A stretch of DNA of 64,000 bases from Acidobacteriota bacterium (GTDB taxonomy: Bacteria; Acidobacteriota; Terriglobia; Terriglobales; SCQP01): positions 142,623 through 206,622 of the forward strand of contig SCQP01000007.1 of assembly GCA_004299485.1 (NCBI GenBank). The letters are read 5' to 3'. The notes under the pieces are model-generated. The model was not told where the DNA came from, did no database searches, and saw only the letters and a list, made by a program, of their open reading frames with translations. Shown in pieces: positions 57,461 to 64,000 of the stretch. Numbering within the stretch: position 1 is the stretch's first letter; each line of letters begins with the position of its first letter. The translations under genes and the position numbers were made by a program.

Positions 57461-57835
57461 TTACCTTGAACCCTCCGTCGCAAGCCGGCCGGCGAAGCGG
57501 CGAACCTCGGCGGCATCGGCTACGACCTGCTCGAGTTCGTTCAGATATTGCGCAAAGCGCTCGCGTCCCGCGGCGGTCAGGCGGCAGAGTGTCCGTGGGC
57601 GCTGGCGATGGACGCCTTTGGTGATCTGCACCAGGCCAGTCTCCTGCAATACCGCCAGATGGCGGCTGAGATTGCCGTCGCTGAGATCGCAGAGCACTTT
57701 GAGATCGTTAAAGGTGAGGCCGCGCGGATGGGCGGCGAGCGAGGTGACGATACCGAGGCGCGCGCGCTCATGCAGCACGCGGTCAAGACCCGCGTAGGCG
57801 TAGCGGCCGGCGCCGGTGCGTTCGGCTTCGCTCAA
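57461..57835 (-). CDS. Winged-helix (HTH_34/MarR-like) transcriptional regulator
   Basis: Proposed TTG start at 57835, with GGAGG 4 nt upstream and a TTGA overlap with the upstream gene's stop. LDRVLHERARLGIVTSLAAHPRGLTFNDLKVLCDLSDGNLSRHLAVLQETGLV. Confidence 0.7.
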   Translation of the reverse strand: MSEAERTGAGRYAYAGLDRVLHERARLGIVTSLAAHPRGLTFNDLKVLCDLSDGNLSRHLAVLQETGLVQITKGVHRQRPRTLCRLTAAGRERFAQYLNELEQVVADAAEVRRFAGRLATEGSR

Positions 57836-58467
57836 GACGCCTCCTGTTCCGCGGCCACGCGCTGGGGCCGTGCGGCACGCCAGAGAATGGCGGAGGCCAA
57901 AGCCTGGCCAACCACGAACGGCGCCGCCATCAGCCAGGGCTGCAGCGCCATGCCGCCCTGCGACAGCAGCAGCACCCAGATGCCAGTCAGTAGATACCAG
58001 CCCCCGACCAGCAGCGTAGGACGCGGCAGGAAACGGCAGGAGGCAAATACGCCCAGGCTGAAAACCACTTGCCACAACCCCGGCAGCAGCGCCACATTCT
58101 GCGGCAGCGACCGCAGCAGGACGAAGGTCAGCGCCGCGGCGGCGACCGCAGAGGGCAGAAATTGCTCGACCGCGCAGCGGATCATGACGTTGCTGACGCC
58201 GGCGTGCAGTCGGCGCGTCCGCGCCACCGCCTCGCAGGCGATCAGGGCGCCGGCCAGCAGCGCCGCCGCGCCCCAGAGCAGAACATAGTGCAGGGGCGCA
58301 CGCGTGGGATCGGGAATCCAGAGGGGCTGCACCACGCCCGCCGCTGCGGCCACCAAAGCCGTCGCCGCCAGCGCGGCGGGGCCGTAGCCTTGAAATTCCG
58401 CCGCACGCGCCATCTGGCCGCGAATGGCGGCGATCTCGTCCAGTGCCTGGTGAAGTGGATCGCCCAT
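57832..58467 (-). CDS. Small membrane protein co-transcribed with the wHTH regulator
   Basis: 211 aa, 5-6 TM. Translationally coupled to the downstream regulator. Confidence 0.55.
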   Translation of the reverse strand: MGDPLHQALDEIAAIRGQMARAAEFQGYGPAALAATALVAAAAGVVQPLWIPDPTRAPLHYVLLWGAAALLAGALIACEAVARTRRLHAGVSNVMIRCAVEQFLPSAVAAAALTFVLLRSLPQNVALLPGLWQVVFSLGVFASCRFLPRPTLLVGGWYLLTGIWVLLLSQGGMALQPWLMAAPFVVGQALASAILWRAARPQRVAAEQEAS

Positions 58468-58476
58468 ACCGTTACT

Positions 58477-58997
58477 TTACGATGCAAAGCGAAAAGCAGT
58501 CAATGGGCATTTCGGCCGCATCGCCTGGCTTGTGTCGGACAGCGCGCCTGGCGTGCTCGCCAAAGCAGGATTCCGGCGAGAGAAGCGGCGGCCAGGCCGA
58601 GCAGCCAGGCGCGCGGCTGGCGGCGGGTTGGGGGAATAGGCGCTCGCGAGCTGGTTGCTTCGCCGCGTTTGGCGGATTTGCTCGCGGCAGCTAAAACCGT
58701 CGGCGACGATGAGGGCGCTGGCGGGCGCCTGGCGGATGGCGGGCAGCAGGCGGCGCTCGCCGACCGCGACCGAAACATCGTATTTGTCAGCCTCGAAACC
58801 GAACGAGCCGGCCATGCCGCAACAACCGGCGTCGAGCGGCTCGACGGCAACGCCCATCCGGTCGAGGAGCTTGCCTTCGAGGTTAGATTGACCAGCTCAT
58901 CGCGGAGGACCGCGGCGCAGCTCGGCTCGAGCACGAGCATGGGAGTGCCGGCCCCGATTTCCTCGCGCGTGACCTCTATGGCGCGGCAGAGGCGCAT
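58477..58997 (-). pseudogene. C-terminal relic of a GlcF/heterodisulfide-reductase-type (CCG-domain) Fe-S oxidoreductase, frameshifted
   Basis: Two frames carry GTPMLVLEPSCAAVLRDELVNL and then MGVAVEPLDAGCCGMAGSFGFEADKYDVS...IVADGFSCREQI. The frame changes near 58875-58890. The bulk of such a protein would lie upstream, where another gene ends at 59009. Confidence 0.6.
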
Positions 58998-59008
58998 CGC
59001 CCGGCATG

Positions 59009-60799
59009 TCAGGCCTTGAGGTCGCGGATCTTGTCGCGGAACATGGTGAGCGCGATTTGGTTGGCGTTGGGTTCGCCGCGCGCCAGCGCTGCGGCCAGAT
59101 GCAGACCCTGTTTCGGGGTGGCTTCGGCGGGCATGGGCGGCTCGAATTGATCAGTAATGCACTCGACCAGGTGCGGCTTGGGCGAGCGTAGCGCTTGCTG
59201 AAGCGCGGCACGAAGCTGGAGTGGATCCTCCACCGTGGTGCCGAGGCCGCCGCAGGCGCGCGCGAAGGCGGCGAAGTCGATGGGCTGCAGCTCGCACTGA
59301 TACTCGGGATTACCGAGGAAGACCATCTGCTCCCATTTAATCTGTCCGAGGGTATTGTTCTTGATGAGTACGACGGTGAGCGGCAGGTTGTACTTGACGG
59401 CAGTGGCAAATTCACCCATGAGCATGGTGAAAGCTCCGTCACCAACAAAGGCGATCGCGCGGCGGTGCGGAAATGCAGCCGCGCCGGCGATGCCGTAGGG
59501 CAGGCCGGGCGCCATGGTGGCAAGATTGCCCGCCATGGCCCACTTCTGCTGATCGCGGATCTGGAACTGGCGGGCCATAAAGGTGGTGACGGTGCCGCAG
59601 TCGCAGGCAATGACGGCGTCGCGCGGGGCGAGCTCGGAAAGCGTGGCGGCGACCATTTCCGGCTTCATCGGCGTTTGCATGTTGCTCCCGCGCTCGTGCA
59701 TGAGCCGATGCCACTCGGCCATGCGCTTCTGCGTGGTTTTGAGAAAGCGATGGTCGTGCTTTTTCAGGCGTGGCAGCAGCTTGTCGAGCGTCTCGGCGGC
59801 GGCGCCGACGAGGCCGACCGACATCGGAAAGCGCAGGCCGATGCGCTCGGGGCGGAGGTCGAGCTGGATGCCGACGACGTCGTTCTTCTTTTCCGGCAGC
59901 CACTGCATGTAGGGGAACGAACTGCCGATCATGAAGAAGGTGTCGCACTCCTCCATGGCCTTTTGCGCGGGCAGCGTGCCGATGAGGCCAAGGCCGCCGG
60001 CGCTGAGTGGATGATCATCGGGAATAGCAGCTTTTCCGAGCAGGGACTTGACGATGGGCGCAGCAAGCTTCTCGCCGGTGGCGATGAGCTGCTCGCGCGC
60101 ATGCACCGCGCCAACGCCGGCGAGGATGGCGATCTTCCTGCCGTGATTGAGCGCCTCGGCGGCGTGGTCGAGATCGGAATCACAGGGTACGGTCACGTAG
60201 CGGCCGCGCGTGGCCGACGTTACGGTGCGTACCGGACGCATGGCCGAGAGCTTTTCCCTGGCAGGCTCGCCCTGGAGGTCCACCGGGATATTGATGTGCG
60301 CTACGCACGCTTTGGCGATGGCGTGGCGGCAGGCAAGATCGGTGACGCTTTCGGCCTGGTTGGCGTTAATGATGGCCTCGTTGTACTCGGCCACGTCGGC
60401 AAAGAGGCGGACGACGTTGACCTCCTGCTGGTAATGCGTACCCTTCAGATCGGAGTAGGTCTGGCCGGTGATGGCCAGCACACCCGCGCGGTCGAGCTTG
60501 GCGTCATAGAGACCGTTGAGCAGGTGAATCGCACCGGGGCCGGAAGTGGCGATGCAGACGCCCAGTTTTCCGGTGTACTTGTAATGCGCACTGGCCATGA
60601 ACGCTGCCGCCTCCTCGTGGCGCACTTGCATGAAGCGGATTTCGCGTTCACGCTGGCGCAACGCTTCGAACATGCCGTTGATGCCATCGCCGGGCAATCC
60701 AAAGATGGTGTCCACGCCCCAGTCGAGCAGCGTAGCCACGACAACGTCGGAAAGGGTCTTGACCTTACGGCCGCGGAAGATGATGGGAAGTGCCGCCAT
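59009..60799 (-). CDS. Thiamine-diphosphate enzyme, pyruvate oxidase / pyruvate dehydrogenase (quinone)-like
   Basis: 596 aa. FGLPGDGINGMF...VRHEEAAAFMASAHYKYTGKLGVCIATSGPGAIHLLNGLYDA...GDGAFTMLMGE. The exact start is uncertain by ~10 codons. Confidence 0.85.
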   Translation of the reverse strand: MAALPIIFRGRKVKTLSDVVVATLLDWGVDTIFGLPGDGINGMFEALRQREREIRFMQVRHEEAAAFMASAHYKYTGKLGVCIATSGPGAIHLLNGLYDAKLDRAGVLAITGQTYSDLKGTHYQQEVNVVRLFADVAEYNEAIINANQAESVTDLACRHAIAKACVAHINIPVDLQGEPAREKLSAMRPVRTVTSATRGRYVTVPCDSDLDHAAEALNHGRKIAILAGVGAVHAREQLIATGEKLAAPIVKSLLGKAAIPDDHPLSAGGLGLIGTLPAQKAMEECDTFFMIGSSFPYMQWLPEKKNDVVGIQLDLRPERIGLRFPMSVGLVGAAAETLDKLLPRLKKHDHRFLKTTQKRMAEWHRLMHERGSNMQTPMKPEMVAATLSELAPRDAVIACDCGTVTTFMARQFQIRDQQKWAMAGNLATMAPGLPYGIAGAAAFPHRRAIAFVGDGAFTMLMGEFATAVKYNLPLTVVLIKNNTLGQIKWEQMVFLGNPEYQCELQPIDFAAFARACGGLGTTVEDPLQLRAALQQALRSPKPHLVECITDQFEPPMPAEATPKQGLHLAAALARGEPNANQIALTMFRDKIRDLKA

Positions 60800-60874
60800 G
60801 CTGGCTCGGAAGATCCAGAGGGCAAAGAGGTTGCATCGGCTCTGCCATGCTTGCTAGTTTCAACAAAAACAAGT

Positions 60875-61324
60875 ATGGTGACGCAAATGGCGATCGTAAC
60901 CAGTGGCAAGGGCACGTCCAAGCGGGTGCAAGCTCTGCTCCTGGCGCACTACATCGAGCCGGCACGGCAGCGCGGGAAAAAGAAGGTGCGCGTCACCGCG
61001 GGTGAGATTATTCGAGAGCTGAAACTGCAGAATCGGGCGCCCCAGGTTTGCACCGCGATGCAAGGACAGCGATTCCTGAAGCAACACGGGCTGGAGATCA
61101 TGAAACGGGAAGGTCCGCCGTCGGGCCAGAGCACCACCGTGGCTGTGACGTACATCTGGAACGACAACGGCCAGCACAAGAAAGATCCCCTCTTGGCGCT
61201 TTATGGCCGCCTGCGCGATGCATTCGCAGCCGAAGGCGGAGCGGAGCGCGCGCTGCAAAAGGAGCGAACCGCTTTCCATCGCGATTTTGAACGGCGACAG
61301 CGGACCATGTGGAAGCAATCGTGA
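60875..61324 (+). CDS. Hypothetical protein, putative cognate (antitoxin?) partner of the downstream PIN protein
   Basis: Last 149 codons of track ORF 59195..61324, starting after poxB-like ends (alternative ATG at 60887). Its stop overlaps the GTG of the PIN gene (GTGA). No family recognised. Confidence 0.45.
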   Translation: MVTQMAIVTSGKGTSKRVQALLLAHYIEPARQRGKKKVRVTAGEIIRELKLQNRAPQVCTAMQGQRFLKQHGLEIMKREGPPSGQSTTVAVTYIWNDNGQHKKDPLLALYGRLRDAFAAEGGAERALQKERTAFHRDFERRQRTMWKQS

Positions 61325-61746
61325 CCCGCGTCTACTGGGACACAATGCTGTTTGCCTACCTGACGGAAGGCAACCCTGAATTCGGCCCCACGGTACGAGC
61401 AACCCGGCAAGCGATGCTCGAGCGCGGGCACCGGTTGTGCGCCAGCATGTTCACCTTGTGCGAACTTGCGGTGCTCCCAACCAAGCGGGATGACCTGGCC
61501 GCGATCGAAGCCCTACAGGACCTGTTTTCGTCCACGGCCCTGGACGTGCTCCCGCTGCGGCCCGATGCCGTACCGCATTTTGCGCGGCTGCGGGCAACGA
61601 CCGGCGTCTCAACCCCGGACGCATTGCACCTCGCTATCGCTGCGGCGGCTAAGGTCGATGTGTTTCTGACCAACGACCGGCGGCTGCAGAAGCTGCACGT
61701 GCCTGGCATCGGCTTCATTGCTGGGCTGGATGCCGGGCTGTACTGA
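61321..61746 (+). CDS. PIN-domain protein (VapC-like toxin)
   Basis: VTRVYWDTMLFAY..., FTLCELAV..., TPDALHLAIAAAAKVDVFLTNDRRL. Alternative GTG start at 61309. Confidence 0.8.
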   Translation: MTRVYWDTMLFAYLTEGNPEFGPTVRATRQAMLERGHRLCASMFTLCELAVLPTKRDDLAAIEALQDLFSSTALDVLPLRPDAVPHFARLRATTGVSTPDALHLAIAAAAKVDVFLTNDRRLQKLHVPGIGFIAGLDAGLY

Positions 61747-61748
61747 GC

Positions 61749-63152
61749 CTACCGCTGCCAGCCGCCGCCGAGGGCGTTGTAGAGAGCGACAAGCGCTAGG
61801 CGCTCGTTGAGCTCGGCCTGGGAAAGATTGAGCTGGGCGGAAAAGGAGTTGGTTTCGGCAACCAGCACTTGCAGGAAACTGCCGCCGCCGTGCTGATAGA
61901 GAACTTGGGAAAGCTGCTCGGCTTTTTCCGCCGCCTGCGTGAGAGTCTGCTGCTGCTGGCGGAACTGGTGGTCTTTTTGCAAACCGACGAGCGCGTCGGA
62001 AACCTGGGCGAAGGCGTTCTGGATGCTCTGCTCATAGGTGAGCAGCATGGCTTGTTTCTGCGCCTCGCTGAGGCGAACACCGGCGCGCAAGCTGCCGGCG
62101 GCAAAGACCGGCTGCAGCAAGTCGCCGGCGACGTTCCATTGGCGTCCTGCGGGTGAGAACAACCGGTTCAAGGCGTAGCTTTCGACGCCGCCCGAGGCGG
62201 TGAGCGTAATGCTCGGGAACAGCGCCGCTTTGGCGACGCCGATTTGGGCGTTGGCCGCGGCGAGTTGCATCTCGGCGGCGCGGATATCGGGACGGCGGTC
62301 GAGCAGCGCCGAAGGCAGGCCGGCGGGAACGGAAGGTGGATTGGGCTGGGCGGTGAGCGGAGCGCCGCGGGGAATGGGGCCGGGATTTTCGCCCATCAGA
62401 GTGCGGAGCAGATTTTCCTGTTGTGCAATCTGGCGCTGGAGATCGGGGATGGTCTCGCCCGCCTGCGATTCCAGCTCCTGCGCCTGAGCGACATCCAGAT
62501 CGGAGGCAGAGCCGTAATGATCCAGAACCTGAATCAGGTGCAGCGAATCCTGGCGGGCGGCGATTGTTTTCTGCGCGATGGCCAACGCGGCGTCGAGCTC
62601 GCGGAGTTGAAAGTACGCGACCGCTACCTGAGCCACCACGGAGGAGACGACGGCGCGCTGACCCCAGCGCGTGGCAAACCATTGATCGCGGGCGGCTTCC
62701 GTGGCGCGGCGGTATTTGCCCCAGAAATCGAGGTTCCAGAGGACATCAAGGTTGAGGCGGCCGAAGCGGGTGCTGTAGGAGGGCAGAGCTTTGGAGGTTT
62801 TGGGATTGCGAAGGGCAGTAACCCCGGCATCGACGGCCGCGAAGGGAAATTCGCCGGCGCGCGTGATGCCGGCTTGCTGCTGGGCCGCGAGCACGCGCGC
62901 GGCGGCGATGCGGACATCGTAATTGTTGGCGACCGCGGTGCGGAGGAGTCTCTGCAGGACCGGGTCCTGGAAGAGGGTGAACCATTTTTCGTTGCCGAGG
63001 CTGGCGGCGGCCTGGGGCGTCGCCGTGGCGGCAGCCGCGCCGCGATAGGCGGCTGGCGCACTGATCGCCGGGCGGTGATAGTTGGGGCCAAGCAAACAGC
63101 CGGCGAGGCATGCGCTCAGGGCAAGGACAACGATCGCAGAGAGCCGGCGCAT
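61749..63152 (-). CDS. RND efflux outer-membrane factor lipoprotein (NodT family)
   Basis: 467 aa. Lipobox LSACLAGC, GPNYHRP motif, two TolC-like repeats. Confidence 0.9.
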   Translation of the reverse strand: MRRLSAIVVLALSACLAGCLLGPNYHRPAISAPAAYRGAAAATATPQAAASLGNEKWFTLFQDPVLQRLLRTAVANNYDVRIAAARVLAAQQQAGITRAGEFPFAAVDAGVTALRNPKTSKALPSYSTRFGRLNLDVLWNLDFWGKYRRATEAARDQWFATRWGQRAVVSSVVAQVAVAYFQLRELDAALAIAQKTIAARQDSLHLIQVLDHYGSASDLDVAQAQELESQAGETIPDLQRQIAQQENLLRTLMGENPGPIPRGAPLTAQPNPPSVPAGLPSALLDRRPDIRAAEMQLAAANAQIGVAKAALFPSITLTASGGVESYALNRLFSPAGRQWNVAGDLLQPVFAAGSLRAGVRLSEAQKQAMLLTYEQSIQNAFAQVSDALVGLQKDHQFRQQQQTLTQAAEKAEQLSQVLYQHGGGSFLQVLVAETNSFSAQLNLSQAELNERLALVALYNALGGGWQR

Positions 63153-64000
63153 CAGACCACCTCCTGCGGCGTCGCGGGCGCCGGCGCGGGCAAGGCGGTG
63201 TGGGCGCGCTTGCGTTCGCCGCCCAGCAACTGCTCGATCAGGACAAACATCGCCGGAATGAGGAAAACCGCGAAGGCGGCCGCGGCGGCGGCGCCTCCGA
63301 TGACCACCGTACCCATAATGCGGCGCGCCACGGCGCCGGAGCCGGAGGCGAACCAGAGAGGTGCGCAGCCAAAGATAAAGGCGAAGGTCGTCATCAGAAT
63401 GGGGCGCAGGCGCAGGTGCGCCGCCGCCAGCGCCGATTCGATCAGATCGCGGCCGGCCGCGTACTCGGTGCGCGCGAACTCGACAATCAGAATGGCGTTC
63501 TTCGCCGCCAGGCCGATCAGCATAACCAACCCAATCTGGGCGTAGACGTCGTTTTCCAATTGCACTGAATACGCCGGCGCCAGATGCAGCATGACGACGC
63601 GCCGCAGCCAGAGGACGAAAAAGGCGCCAAACACGGCGACGGGCAGGCAGATGAGGACGCTCAGCGGTAAAGACCAGCTTTCATACAGCGCTGCCAGCAG
63701 CAGGAAGACGAAGAGCACCGAGAAGCCGAAGATGACGCTGGCCGGAATGCCTTCCATGGCCTTCTTTTCCTGGAATGACATGCCCATGTAGTTGAAGCCC
63801 ATGTCGTGGGGCATGGTCTGGTGGAAGACCTGTTCGAGCGCGGCCATGGCCTGTTCGGAGCTGACGCCAGGCGCGGCGGTGGCGTTGATCTGTGCCGAGT
63901 TGTATTCGTTGAAATGCATCACGAACTCGGGACCGAACCCCGGCTCGAAGCTGGCTACCGCCGAAAGCGGCACCATGCCGCCATGATTGTTGCGCACGTA
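63152..64000 (-). CDS. RND (HAE1/AcrB-like) efflux permease, C-terminal ~282 codons; the 5' end lies beyond the window
   Basis: LLAALYESWSLPLSVLICLPVAVFGAF...GLVMLIGLAAKNAILIVEFA...RLRPILMTTFAFIFG. The frame is open to base 64000. TGATG overlap with the OMF start. Confidence 0.9.
   Translation of the reverse strand, partial: YVRNNHGGMVPLSAVASFEPGFGPEFVMHFNEYNSAQINATAAPGVSSEQAMAALEQVFHQTMPHDMGFNYMGMSFQEKKAMEGIPASVIFGFSVLFVFLLLAALYESWSLPLSVLICLPVAVFGAFFVLWLRRVVMLHLAPAYSVQLENDVYAQIGLVMLIGLAAKNAILIVEFARTEYAAGRDLIESALAAAHLRLRPILMTTFAFIFGCAPLWFASGSGAVARRIMGTVVIGGAAAAAAFAVFLIPAMFVLIEQLLGGERKRAHTALPAPAPATPQEVV

Noticed and set aside
59195-60874. First ~560 codons of the 709-aa ORF 59195..61324
   Set aside because: Antisense to the well-supported TPP enzyme gene. 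Only the last 149 codons (60875-61324), which lie in otherwise empty sequence and are coupled to the PIN gene, were kept, and those only at low confidence.

Overview
Very G+C-rich bacterial chromosomal segment (judged by eye, not computed). The gene content points to Acidobacteriota: a duplicated MacB-like 'ADOP' permease, a CarboxypepD_reg-type TonB receptor, BNR/sortilin-like and FecR/DUF6600 proteins. All homology calls come from reading the translated ORFs and recalling family motifs; no searches were run. About 55 genes are supported. Most are housekeeping: nrdJ (edge-truncated, missing from the ORF track, translated by hand), pit with a DUF47 partner, glutaryl-CoA dehydrogenase, glpX, dus, miaA, ctaA, murB, uppS, an M13 peptidase, an amidase, an aminotransferase and a TPP enzyme. 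There are also two two-component systems (one NarL-type, one sigma-54/NtrC-type), a carbohydrate-related set (three putative secreted glycosidase-like proteins, a TonB receptor, a BNR protein), the 3' part of an RND efflux operon and one tRNA-Arg(CCT). Accessory content: three PIN/VapC toxin pairs, two orphan antitoxins, one decayed toxin and three further gene relics (SQR-like, CMD/AhpD-like, GlcF-like). Because of the G+C content, most long ORFs in the track are antisense or out-of-frame artefacts. The signal ordinary annotation would not explain is a dispersed family of structured, GC-rich ~100-150 nt repeats. I found seven copies in three subfamilies. One copy sits in-frame (111 bp) inside the ADOP permease gene. 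One sits in-frame (153 bp) inside a CMD gene relic. Two copies are 150/152 identical and bracket a single gene. Hairpin stems are maintained by compensatory substitutions between copies. No transposase, integrase, CRISPR array, rRNA or recognisable defence or biosynthetic cluster was seen.
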